A DNA stretch of 64,000 nt from Antedon mediterranea (GCF_964355755.1 NC_092672.1:26914437-26978436); one strand, 5' to 3'. Counted from the first letter of the stretch, positions 14,201 to 26,200 are shown. Made by a program: numbers and translations. Notes: generated from the letters alone by a model not told the origin.

Positions 14201-16760
14201 GTTAACAAGGTAATTATGCAGCTCAACTGAATCTGTGGACAAAAATATTAGTAATAAAATTAGAAAAAAGAAGGTATTTCAAGTACAACTATTAGGAGGA
14301 AAACAATTAAGGGGCAACTTTTACTCACAATTGGTCAGGAAAAGGAGATTGGTTTAATTATAGTTGGTCATTATAAACCCCATTTTGCAACTCAAAAGTG
14401 TCCCTGACCCCGTAATAGGGATGTCTCCTGAGTTGGCTATAGTGTTCAAACATATATTACCCCTCGTTTTGTGGGAAAGTGTCTCTTTAATATTAGTGTC
14501 CCTTGAATAAGGGTGTCCCAAAGGAGGGGTTCTTTTTTCTCATCATTCATTACATACCCACAGACTCATCTTTGCAAACATGTATTTTATCAGGAGCATT
14601 CTGTGTTGTCACACCATTGCTTAATTCTGATTTAGTAGCTCCTGTAAACAAAAAAAATTATTGTTTTTTTCTAAATAGTTACAGTATATAAAAACGTGCT
14701 AATATTAATTAATTTTCATTTGGAATGATGTGCATCCAGAGAGATAGGTAATAACTACAAAAAGATCTGAGACGACAGTGCCAATATTAATGTAAAAATC
14801 TAGGTGTTTTTTCAATACATACATGCCATTTGTACACTGGACAAAAGACAAGTTCTACTACCATGGAGCGTGTTGGCCACAAACCTATGCCAACGAAGCA
14901 CCTGTGGATAATGGTGCCCATTTGGCAATTAAATGATATCTAAAATAAAGAATTTAACTAAAGTAGAAACGACACTTAAAGGAACTACTTCAGGGCCAAA
15001 TTACTGTCAACTTAATAGGGATGTTCTCTGAATAGGAGCTGGCGTTTAAACATTCCACATGTTAACCATTTAAAGGAAAAATGTCCTGTTTATACAGTTT
15101 CCCCCAGGTTAATAGGATGTCATCTTTTTAGAAGTGTCTTCTTAATAGAGATGCCTATTGTAATAACTACTATAAAAGTGTATCGAACCTGACTCTTCCT
15201 GGTTTTTGTCTGTTGATTTTTCTTTGTGTTCATCAATTGATTTTTCATCTTGAAGATCTGGATTTCCAGGAAGGCCATCATCACGTGTAACATCTACCTG
15301 TGTACTTATGCTGGTATCTCTAACAATGTGGGAATTTCCATCAGAATTGGAATCTCCCAATGGGTTGGAATTTCCCTCAGGATGGCAAGTTTTTTCTTTA
15401 GTATTTGAATTCCTGAAAGGGCAACCATTGGCATCAGGAAGTTCTTCGTTAGTACTGTTTGTAAGGTTTCCAGTTTCCAGCTTTGACTCCTGTGCTTCTT
15501 CCCTATCCTGGTTTTGTTCCAGAGCATCTGCATCATTTTTCTGCAGCTCTCCCATTTCTCTCTTTAGCTCACGTTTATAATGAAGGCAAGGTATACTAGT
15601 TACTGGCACTTTGTGTCGCTGCAAAGAAATATTTAAGATTGCGTTTTATTTACACATGATGATAAAAGATGGTTCTAGAGTAGTATGTACATAGACAATT
15701 GTTGACTTACCCTCGCACTGCCACTGCCTAGTAGATATGGCCTGGACCATACACACACTCTAGTTGATCTATGTAGGTAAAGATGCATGCCAGAATCATG
15801 AGCAATTTGAACCCAGTCGTCTGGAAGACCTTCAATTGGTTCATGACCTTTTTCTAAAAAAATTGTAAAATAAAAAGTGGATAGAAGGCATTTCGGTTTA
15901 AATACCCTTCACATTAAACACCAGAGAAACATCTCGGACAAGATAATCTGCAGAGATCCCATTCACAAATATGTATTTCAATCAACACCAACCATGCCAC
16001 TCTTTCTGGGTTTTTTTTAGTCGATGTGAATAGTACCAGTGTAGCACTCTGGTGTTTCTCCGGAGTTTAATGTGAAAGGGGTATAGTGGGTATGAATGTT
16101 AACTGAATAATAACGATAACTGAAATTTATTCAAAATTAAATTACAATATTACCTTTAAGAACAATTTTGTGACGTATAGCCACGATGCCTTGTGGATTA
16201 TCCAGTGATGGTTCCATGGATTCCTTCTCCTCCTTCACACGTTGATTATAGTCTTCCTCCAACATGGCATCAACATCAATACCACTTCCCCAACTATCAG
16301 CATCATCATCGTCGTCGTCGTCTTCAAGTATGACCATATCATCAGGCATTTCTTCAAGTTTATCTTTTAATGTATCATTTTTAAGTTGCGTGTCCTCAGA
16401 CTCTCCATCAAGAGTCACATGAGTTCTACGCATTGCTCCTTTCTCAGAGCGCTGCAACGTAATTTTGATATCGGAGGCAGCAGACTCGTTATCTGAAGTG
16501 TTCAGTTTCTGGCGTTTTACATCCGGTTCTGGAGAAGACTCCGATTGTAGAAATGTTACGTTTCGACGTTTAACATTCTTAGAAATGCTAACTGTTAAAG
16601 TTGGTATGACAGAGTCCTCGCTGCCACAGTCACTACCCACGTTTGATGCACCAGGTAGTGGAGGTGGGAGCGGAGGTATGGCACGGTCTTCCAATGGCGG
16701 TGGCGGTGCAGGTGAACTGTCCATCATATCACTACAATTCTCTACACTAGTCTCTTCCAT
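8246..16760 (-). CDS. DGCR8: Microprocessor subunit DGCR8/Pasha, complete, 14 coding exons
   Basis: Exons (minus) 16760-16154, 15853-15711, 15618-15189, 14641-14558, 14232-14163, 13557-13494, 13015-12949, 12550-12449, 12069-11971, 11817-11741, 11650-11550, 11210-11111, 10714-10574, 8464-8246; all GT-AG with compatible phases. WW motif [31 protein letters not shown], heme-ligand motif IPCLHY, dsRBD1 ([32 protein letters not shown]), dsRBD2 ([29 protein letters not shown]), C-terminal [13 protein letters not shown]. Confidence 0.96.
8915..9726. mobile_element. Non-autonomous foldback-type DNA transposon (Mutator-like) in the last DGCR8 intron
   Basis: ~170-bp terminal inverted arms built from tandem CAAGTCAACTCGGCC-type units; flanking direct repeat CCCTGTTAC at 8906-8914 and 9727-9735 (8-9 bp TSD). 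Confidence 0.85.
10043..10300. mobile_element. MITE with TTAA target duplication (Kolobok-like)
   Basis: TTAA|AGATGTATTGTCTCCC ... GGGGGACAATACATCT|TTAA; same termini as 52099-54583. Confidence 0.8.
10302..10530. repeat. ~70-bp tandem repeat, ~3 copies
   Basis: Unit TAATAGGGTTTCCC(C)TGAATATTGGTTAACTG...CACAGGAAAGTGTCCCT; related motifs at ~4545-4890, ~14400-14530 and ~15010-15145. Confidence 0.8.
13200..13393 (+). mobile_element. 3' tail of an L2-type LINE/SINE
   Basis: Ends AAGCGCCTTGAACATT...GCGCTATATAAAT followed by (TAT)n, the usual stem-loop plus microsatellite tail of L2-mobilised elements. Confidence 0.5.
15905..16081. mobile_element. Short MITE in a DGCR8 intron
   Basis: Imperfect TIRs CCCTTCACATTAAAC..AGAAACA / TGTTTCT..GTTTAATGTGAAAGGG, flanked by TA. 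Confidence 0.6.
16616..16676 (-). ncRNA. RNA hairpin inside the DGCR8 N-terminal CDS (candidate hairpin B / mir-1306 positional equivalent)
   Basis: Transcript ccuc-c-gcu-c-ccac-cuc-cacuaccu [14-nt loop] ggguagug-acu-gugg-c-agc-gagg, overlapping codons [20 protein letters not shown]. Confidence 0.5.
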
Positions 16761-16854
16761 ATCGTCGATTTTAAAATTTAAACCCGACCAAAATAATTAA
16801 ATATTATTTAAAAATGTAATCGTTTCTATTTTATATTTGTGGTCAGAAAGATAG

Positions 16855-16936
16855 AACTGTACAACTCTTTTCATTAATAATGATAAGGAATTTGAAAAGA
16901 AACCTTATCGATATCACTGGAAAGATATATACAGTT
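16855..16936 (-). ncRNA. pri-miRNA-like hairpin in the DGCR8 5' UTR (candidate hairpin A / mir-3618 equivalent)
   Basis: Symmetric 34-position stem with a 14-nt loop: aacugua/uacaguu, ucuuucca/ugaaaaga, ugaua/uauua, gauaagg/ccuuauc. Lies ~95 nt upstream of the ATG in the same exon (acceptor at 16953). Confidence 0.75.
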
Positions 16937-17159
16937 TGTCAAAGACATAATATCTGTAAAACAAAAAAGTGTAGATTAGCCTTTTAATTTAATGAATAAT
17001 AGCTTTTCAAATTTATACATTCACGGAAAATGGTATGTATCCTCAGCTGCAGGTCAGCACAGACAAACTTTGACTTTTCTTTCAACAGCCTGAAATGAAA
17101 GATACAAAATAAATAGTGTAATCGATTTACAATATCGGTCGCGACCTAATTTTTGTCAC

Positions 17160-17962
17160 GGTTATGGAACGATCAAATTCATGAAACTCCAAAAAGGACA
17201 AAATATAGCATGATCATTTCGGCCGCCAGGTATGGCGCACCAAATTGAAATAGCCAGAAATAACTGTACAGTACTACAGTGAAAAAAATAAAAAAATAAC
17301 CAAGTCTATGGTATGGAACGCCACAGAGAACTATGGTCATTTAAACCAGAGATCAGTTGTGTAATGGGCTAAATACATTTTTTTTGCCGTAGATTTAAAG
17401 TTATATTACGGTATTTTACCATCTGAATATTTTTGACAAAATAAATATTTATTAAATGTTTATTTATATTTTTATTTTACAGGTCTTGCTTTGTAAAAAT
17501 GTGTTTATTTATGAATATAATAAATGTGAAACATACGACTGTGTTTTTGACTGGCACATAAAAAAAACACCTTCTTCTTCTTATTAAAAAAATATCATTA
17601 ATATTCACTGTAGTGATGGCAAAGTGCACGCCATAAATTATGGCATAAATATCGCTGCTGTTTCTGGAATTGAAGACCGCCGAGTCGGCTTAATAATACA
17701 GTGTTTAGTAAAAATTAAATTTTAACACACATGGCGTGTCATACATATTCAAGAATAATTACAATTCTGGCGGCCGAAATGAACAATACATATTTTGTCT
17801 TTTTTGGCGATTCATTCTTATTCTTATTCTTTTATTGCCAAATATAAAATACATGAAAAACACGACATACAAAAAAAAAAATCATGAATTTGGCAATTCC
17901 ATAACCGGCGGCCGAAATGACTGGCGGCCGAAATGACTGGCGGCCGAAATGATCAGACACCC
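17160..17962. mobile_element. Second foldback/Mutator-like element, left end eroded
   Basis: Tandem CTGGCGGCCGAAATGA units at 17906-17952, with inverted counterparts (TCATTTCGGCCGCCAG, GGTTATGGAA..AAATTCATGA) at 17160-17230. Confidence 0.6.
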
Positions 17963-18291
17963 TATTAATGACATCGGTCACATTTGAAGTCGGTCACGTT
18001 TTATTGCAGTCGCAATAAATCAGGGCCGAATCGTTTTCCGTTATCAACCGTACAAGCCTAGCTAGCCTAGGCCTAGCTAAGTAGCTCGTAGTAGCCTAGG
18101 CCTCTAAAGTCTGGCTAGGCTAGTCCTAGCTAGCAAAGCAAGGAGAATAGGGCTAGGCCTAGGCTAGGCCTAGACCTAATGATGCTATCGTGTGGCGTTA
18201 CTAAATACTAGCCTACTAGCTTAGGCCTAGGCTAGGCCTATACAAGGTCTAACTAGCCTATTATATTTCAGAAAGATTCAGATATTCTTAC

Positions 18292-18420
18292 CATGACCAT
18301 CAATACTAAGTTTCCATCAGTTTAGTTGATGTTAAAGACAAAATTATTCTCAACAAACAAAGAGACTCACTTTCTCGATTCCATTGTTTTTTCATTATGG
18401 GACGCTCAAAGTGCATATCG
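18292..18420 (-). other. Probable first non-coding exon of DGCR8 with two alternative donors; a further small UTR exon at ~17024-17090
   Basis: Minus-strand donors AAA|GTGAGT (18371) and ATG|GTAAGA (18292); TTTCAG acceptor at ~17091; TAGGCCTA-rich first intron. TSS not determinable. Confidence 0.45.
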
Positions 18421-18437
18421 ATATTTATTAATTTTTA

Positions 18438-20049
18438 TCTATATATAAATTTACGTAAGGGCAAAATTCGGTAAATCGCACCTTACTTCTAGAATGTTTA
18501 CTCGATGGTATATACAGTTGGTTTGTACTTTCGGTACTGATTTTAACCACCTGATGTAAGCCTGTTTACTAATTAAATTAAGTTAGATAATTATTTATTG
18601 ACGATTAAAACGAATTTAGGTTCAACGATTTGCCCCAAATAGGGGTGTTTTCCGATCATGGTATACACTGTCTAATGGAGACAGACAATAATACGAGGAT
18701 GCTTCGCATTTTCCTATCTCCTCCTAAGATAATTGTTTTTAATGGCTGAAAACCGGTTGAACAGCTCGAGTACAGCATCATAATATTGAAGACAGGCCGA
18801 TTTTCTTTAAAAAATACTATTTTGATAGATTTAATATACGTTTATACAAATGTATTGATTTGCGATGAATGAAACATTCCAATCTCTGTTCCACAAGTGT
18901 CTATTCCCTCAGGCGTCGTAAAGGCAAGTACTGTATACTCATAACAAAAATTCGATCCATTTTTTTTTTCAACCAACCCAACCATTTCAATCTGTGCTGC
19001 AGAGGTTGGATATAAAATTTTTTTTAACGGATAATGAGCTAGCGTTTTCACTCGCCGTATATTATGTACACATCTTTATTATTGCAGTCAAACCACCCAC
19101 ATCACCACCCTTCCCTCACTGGCATGAGTAGCGTTGTAAAACCAGTAGAGGATGGGCCTACGGTACATCACATGCCCTAAACGCAGAACAACTTTGGTGG
19201 GTAGGGTAGGAACCAACTTAAGTATGAATTGGCTCTAAGAAACAATTGAAAACCATTAGGCCTACTAATTAAGTTGAGTTAGATAATTTAATATTTATTG
19301 ACGATTATATCGAATTTATGATTTTCCCCGAATAGAGGTGGTTTTTACAAATTGTTTTATATTATATAAACAAATCCAAAGGCAAATTACTGAGAAAAAT
19401 GACAATGCTGTGGGTATCAGTGGCTGGATCTCAATGGAGATACAAAAATAAAAATCGAAAAGCTAAATCAAAACGATAAAGTAAACAGCCAGAAAAGTTA
19501 GCAGAGCTTTCGGGCAACACTAGCCTTTCATCAGTGCATCATATTATATAAACATATACACGTCGCAGTGATGTATCGTTAGGCCTACATGTACTGTACT
19601 ATTTCAATCGACTATGACGGTGATAGTTTCAACAAAGTATTAAATCGCAATGTTTTACTGTGTGTAGTGGTATATTATTTGTAAAACATGAAAAACAATT
19701 AATATTTTGTTACTAAATGGATAAAGAATATAGGCCTATTTAAAAATTGTTCCTCTTTGTACCCATCCTCTTCCTCATCCCTCAACACTAATGTTACATA
19801 CAAAACACAAATTAAGTTTGTTTAAATTTTACTTAAACAATTGGTCTCATTTTGTGACAAGTTTCTCTTTCGGAAGTAATTCCCAGGGTGCTAATTTTAG
19901 TTGAGTAAATAAATCACAGTGTCTATTTATTCGTTCCTGTAAACGACATGGATTATTGTCCTGCGGTACGTAGGCCCTACATTGAAATCGCCAGTTTTTT
20001 AACGCTGAAATTATTATGTAATTCGAGAACCATCTGTGGGTACGACCTA
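18438..20049 (+). mobile_element. Non-autonomous Helitron copy 1 (3' hairpin lost), between DGCR8 and STN1
   Basis: Starts A|TCTATATAT and is colinear with 46041-47491 throughout; stops at ACGACCTA, where copy 2 continues into its terminal hairpin. Confidence 0.85.
19373..19540 (-). mobile_element. 168-bp insertion with a minimal hammerhead ribozyme motif (Penelope-like/retrozyme fragment)
   Basis: Absent from Helitron copy 2; flanked by a 14-bp direct repeat ATATTATATAAACA (19359-19372, 19541-19554). Minus strand 19537-19501 reads GCA-CTGATGA-AAGGC-TAGTGTT-GCCC-GAAA-GC-TC-TGC. A decayed relative lies at ~13836-13920. Confidence 0.7.
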
Positions 20050-20295
20050 TAATTTACAAACAAGGCTGCAATAAACGGTCGCTGACTAAATTTTGGTGGT
20101 CTTATTTGCATTAATATATAATTTTAAGACAATTTATGATGAAATTTACGCATTACCATCTTCAATAATTATCAAAGGCTCACATGACGTTCCATAGGTG
20201 TTTTAGTTTACATTTTATTTTTATAGACGATTTTTATTTTGATCGCGCCAGCTTTAAATTTTGATAAAAGTCTACTGTGTATATTACTGTTTGTC

Positions 20296-23200
20296 ATGGA
20301 TAAAAATAATCCTATTAGCAAGGCTTTTGCTAAGCTGTATATTAAAGATATATTAGCGTTAAAAGGCGCAGGTAGGCCAAGTTAATTTCAAATAGAAGAC
20401 CACCTATACGCCTAGGCCTAGGCTAGCTAGCCCGGGCCTTGGTCCTTGGGCGGTCCTTGGAATCCTCTACTACCCTTAGGCCTAGTTGCATCCATACTTT
20501 GTAGGCCAGCTACCCGCTGGCCTAACCCTGGCCCAAGCTCTGTCTGGTAGACTAACTAGCCATAAATCAATGTAAGCAGGAGGAGTATATTGGTTATATA
20601 GTGTAAAATACGATATAATTTACAGACACATAGGCTAACTACAGCAGCAGTTTTTTGTTTGTTTTATCAAACACAGTGAAATACAAAACAATTGGCACAA
20701 TGACACGGAACAATAGAAGCCTCAACAAGCCTGGCATCCAACCCAACATATTGACTAACACCCCTATAAATAATAATGGAATAGTCCTATATTCAATACA
20801 TGCCGAAAACTCAGGTTGATCCCCTACTACTACTACTACTGTAGCTAGAGGTGATGGGGAGATCAGAAATTTTGAAGGGCAGCTAACTACTATAATTATA
20901 AATACAAGCTTCCTTTAATACAAGCTTCGCTTTTTATGAATGGTGCCCCACTTATTTAAATCAGTATTTACTGTTAATTTTTATTTTCTGTGAATGACAA
21001 GAAGAGAAATAAATGTTTCTTTGATTGATTGATTGATGAGCGCCACTAACAACAAGCTGGAGGAGCAATTCAATAATAGCCAAGAAATACATTGACCGAT
21101 CACAAACGAACTTAGTTTGGAAGATTGATGACATTACGCACAGACAGCTGGAGGCTCGCTTCCTGTCCCAAACCTCAGGCAGGGCAGCAGGCATCACAGA
21201 GGAAACCAGATAAGAAACATGGATGTGTATCAACTGTCAACAAAGGGGCCATTCATTAGACTTGGTCAAAAAAGATCAATGAAGAATCAGCAGAAATGGA
21301 GGATCAACTGACTTGGGGGTGAAAGAAGCCAAAGGTCCAGAGAACCAAATAGGAAAAAGAACCGCTCCTTCTCACAAACAACAAGTACTCAGTGAGCCAA
21401 CCTGGAGGGACAAAGTAATTAGTGTACCAGATCTGACCACCCTAACAAAGGTCTCTAGATAGAGCCAATGATGAACAGGATGAAAGAATATAGTCCTGTC
21501 ATCTCAACTACTATGATGAGGTGCCGAAATAACGCAGACGTACCAGAGCTCAAACAGGATGGTTGAGAATGCCAACAAGCAAATGGCAGCTGATGAGATT
21601 TGATGAGACAATTTTAACCTACTGTCATGTTTTTTCCAAACAATACACTTCAGTTTACTAGAGTCAGATCATGAAGGAAAACTAGCTGTGTCAGACAAGG
21701 AAAGGAAGCTAGTGAATACAAAACAATCCAGAACAAAATAATTATTTTGTTCTGGAACCAAAGTTGGAAAGTTATTCTCAGTGTCTGCAGATACATGTAG
21801 TTCCCGAGTTCAAATAGCTATTCTTTTCTTGGAACATCTGGTGGACCTTTAATTAAGCCAAAGTAACATATTTTAGATCCACAGATGGATTCAAGACATA
21901 TTCTTGGAATGAGATTCAGAGCAGGGAAGGTGGGATAAATTAAATGGATCACCACATTGATGTAGGGACAGTATGGGCAATCAGCATATCCAACGGGCTC
22001 TCGGCCATTTGATGGGTAATTGAAATTGAGAGAGAGTGGAACCTAGACCCACACATTCAAAGAGAACTGGATTGTAAGCTACAGTAACTACAATAGTTAC
22101 TGGAAGAATTGGAACCTGGATGTGAGGAACAGTGTGTTGTATCGCTGGTGGAAATTTGACAATGGAAAAGAGATAAAACATGGTGAGCGACTTGTGCTCC
22201 CAGAAGAATTTAAAAATATGGCTCTCAAAGAGCTCTATTTAGTGAAGACGAGTGGATGTGGATGGCATCAACAATTTTGACATGAGTATGTAGGGCAGTT
22301 TTTTTGCTCAATGGAAGACACAGTCAAGAAATGAAGCATCTTCAACAACGACCCATATGGAACCCATAGGGAACCCATAGGGAACCCAGATGGAAAGGGT
22401 CGATGTGAACATTTTGGATGAGATGTTTTGTAGACAATTAAGTGGTTCTGGGTTCCTTAACTCCATATCGATCAAAGGAGTTATCTCATTTAGTCCTCAG
22501 ATGGATGGATGACCAAGAGATTCAACCACACTTTGGTTAACATAGTGATATGCTCCACTTTAACTAGAAATACTGGCCATACGCCAATATACACTTCACA
22601 TACCTTGGGATAGAAGTCTCCCTTCCGGATTCGACGATGCCAACTATTTGGATGGAAGATGTAGAAGCATAATGGCGACGAGATAGCCCACTTGGACATT
22701 TACAGTGGGAAAGAAAAGGACCTGTTTGCTCAGAAAGAAGGAAAGTGTCAAATAGTAGGACAAAGAGAAAATTCCCAAGAAGCAATTTGTGTAGTAATAA
22801 TTACTAATTGGGATAAACTAATTGAAAGTGTTTGTTGTGTTATGTGCAACTAAAAGTGAGAGTATGGTTTAGCCACAGACTTTAACTATATAAGTGACAA
22901 ACTCGACCAGAAAACAATTTTTTACCAATTTTTTTCAGTAGCTAATTTAAAAACGTGAACTCATCAAAGTCAAACAAACAATTAAACTTCTTATTTATGA
23001 TTTATATGCTATATAATATATTATTAAAATCTTCATTTTTTTTTTTTCTAAACAGAAATATTACAATACAATGGTCATCAAATATGCAAAGTAGATATCT
23101 TTGGAATAGTTGTAAAAGTGACAGAAAAACACAAGTTTTTTATTTATGGGGGTAAGAGTTTAAAATTCAAATTTATTTATCATAAAGATTTACACTAGAA

Positions 23201-26200
23201 TAAGTTTTCCACAGTATGCATGTTCAACCATTCATGTTGGAGTTGATAGTTGATGCTTCTTTTGCAGTTGATGATGGCACTGGAGTTATCAACTGTTGCT
23301 GCTGGAAACCAAATCCAGAACCACAACCATTCTTCCCAAAGGGTAAATTAATTAAATAAGTTTCAAAATTGTATTTTTGTTCTTAATCTTATTATGATTA
23401 TGATTAAAACAGTTTTACCCTTTATGTTCAGGTGATGTTGAAAGTTTACCAATTGAGGAATTTCTAAACTTAACAATCTCTGACAGCTTAGTACAAATGA
23501 TGTTACCATTAGATCTAGGAGATTCTATTCATGTCAGAGGTAGAGTTAAACGATACAGGGGTGACATTCAAGTGTCTGCTGATTTCTTTGGTATGGTTAT
23601 TTTTTCAATTTAACAAATCATGTTTACACCTCTCTTGTATTGCCTGTTTCTCCAGAGAAAAATATATTGATAGAAATTTATTGTTTTCTACATGACAATA
23701 TTCAGTTTTATACGTGTCTGCTGAGCTGCTCGATTTGTATGAGTCCTGAACATGCTATAACTCATTGCCTGACCTCTGATTGGTTGCTCACTTTTTTGCT
23801 TAACAAAAAGTAGAAACTGCTAGTTTTCCTTTTTTTTGTGAAAAAATTTGAAAGCTTTTAAAGGCCATTTTTGCGGGAAAAAAATTTCTATTGATCATAC
23901 ATTTCAATAATTATCGATCTATAGTTTCCCCTATGTTTCATAATTTTGGGATTTTATTTGTGTTACACGAGCTTGTTGAAAATAAGCACTTTCTTATCAG
24001 TGGGGGGGATAGTTCAAATTACACAGTAAAATCTCTATTCTTTTGTACACAAATTTTGTAAATAGAGAGGCATTTTAAAAAGCTATGAAAAATAAACAGT
24101 GTGGTAAAAAATGTTATCAGATGACTAAATATAGGTAATATAACTTGAATATTACATTTCTGGTATTTTTATTCAACTTCATATTTTTATTTTCATGATA
24201 TAGCAAAAATTATCCACTGTATATCCACCATCTTTTTTCACCTTCTAGGGAGTCACCAGACATGTTATTACATTAGAAACTACCTAACTACTGAAAAAAA
24301 GTCTTTCTGGTTTTTATGGAAGAATTTTGCCAACCTTTGTATTTGACCATATTAAGGGAAATTCATGTTTTTTCGTCTTGATTTCTGTTACAAATATTTG
24401 ATTTATGTACAATTAACCAAATATTATATTTAAAATTCATGCCTGTACCTGAGCTTTAAATCGACATGCATGAATTGCCTAGTTAAGACAGGCTACTAAA
24501 TAACAACAGGAGGACAAAACTTTATTGTTGTCCAACAATTAATTTGAATTAATACAGAAAAGGTAGATGATCCTCGATGTGAAAGAGAAATTGCAAGAAT
24601 GTTGGAACTTCCAAAGCTCTACCGTGATGTTTATGACAAACAATTCAATTGGAGGGAAGCGGAAAAAATGAAATTACAGGTACTGTCGCCTAATATTATA
24701 AGGAATATAATTAGAAGGATTTAGTTATACATTTGTAAATAAACAAGGCTTGACATTTTTTGACGGTAGGCTTTAATTTACATTTTATTCATTATTTAAT
24801 CCATTTACCAATGACTTCTTATTTAGGCTTCAGTACCAGACAGTCTTATTGATGCTGTGGTCGATTTTCTTCAGAATAGCTCCACCAATAGTTTCTATAT
24901 TGAGGAGTTAGGAACAGTGGGGCAGTTAGTGGATATTGCGACGAGTTTATGCAAGGTAACTTTATAATCAATGTATTTTTCTAGATCATCAAAATTGTCT
25001 TTAAAGCTTCTCTTTGAAGTGGTTCTTTGCTGGCAAGTCTCCACCAATTCATAATTCTGCGCAATTTAATTGGCATAGTTTCACCTTTCAAGAATGATGT
25101 GTTGTAGTTTATATTATAAATTGATATACTAATGTAAACAGATATTAAAGCTGATTGAATGCAACTTTGCAACTTCCAACCAAACATGATTTCTATCTTT
25201 AAGAACCCCACAGGTAATCCTATTATGGACGCTTCTACTTTATCCTCCAACCAAAGATGTACAACTAGATCTACTACTCGTAATCAATCTGTCATCACAA
25301 CCAATCCTAATGATTGTTCTTCTAAGACTTCCCAATCAGTTCCCCACATTTTTTCAAATCAAAAGCCATCTGGTGAAAAAGACCAGAGTTCTGTCACATC
25401 ATCCACTCATGCCATTCATAAACTGTTAAAGGAAGCAGTGCATCACCTAGAGCACAGAGGTCTTGTTTACAAGGCAGAATCTGAGAAAGATCTTTTCTAT
25501 GTAAGTATTTTCTTAAATACCGTACTGACGCTGGTATAAGCCCACCCTCCTTGAACATGAAATCACGTCAAGTTTGGGGAGTGGGCTTATACCCGAGGAT
25601 CCAAAAATGCAGATCGTCAAAAACAGCACATGTACTGTGTATTTTATCATGGACATCCCTCCTTTGAAACCACCACATGAGCGCCCTCACGATGTGTTGC
25701 AACGTGTATGTTGCCTATACACGAGGTGTAGAGTGTCGGAAAATTAAACTTTTAGTTTGTGTCATTTATCGTAGAATCTAATATTTTAAACGTCAATTGA
25801 ACAAGAATTTATACAATGTTCGTTAGATAGAAATGTACCAAAGAAATTTAATAAGCTTGTTTTATGGCAGCCGATACCAAATAGGGGTTCTCCGTTTTGG
25901 CGACTTGTGATTCGAGCGTAGTGTGTGCAGCGATCTTCGCCAGCGATGGAGTGTAAACAAAACAGGACTGCTAGGCCTAATATGGCCTAGCTTATAATTA
26001 GCCTAGCTTGGTTATGATAAAAGGTAGGTGGATGCGGTGTATGGAAGTCCCAGATGGATCACAAAATTAATACTCGCCCTTACTAAATACAAAATATTGT
26101 TTTACTGCACCTACTGTAAATCTTCGAATTATGTGAAAGTCGGGAGTGGGCTTATACCCGAGTATGGGTTTATACCTGCGTCAGTGTGGTAAAACAATGA

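Noticed and set aside
15306-16800. Overlapping and antisense ORFs (15306-15536, 15308-15580, 16465-16800; also 55902-56252)
   Set aside because: Shadow frames of real DGCR8 or mucin exons.
18050-18260. TAGGCCTA/CTAG-rich palindromic tract as a specific element
   Set aside because: Low-complexity motif recurring at ~20410, ~52550, ~53940 and elsewhere; looks like a genome-wide compositional feature.
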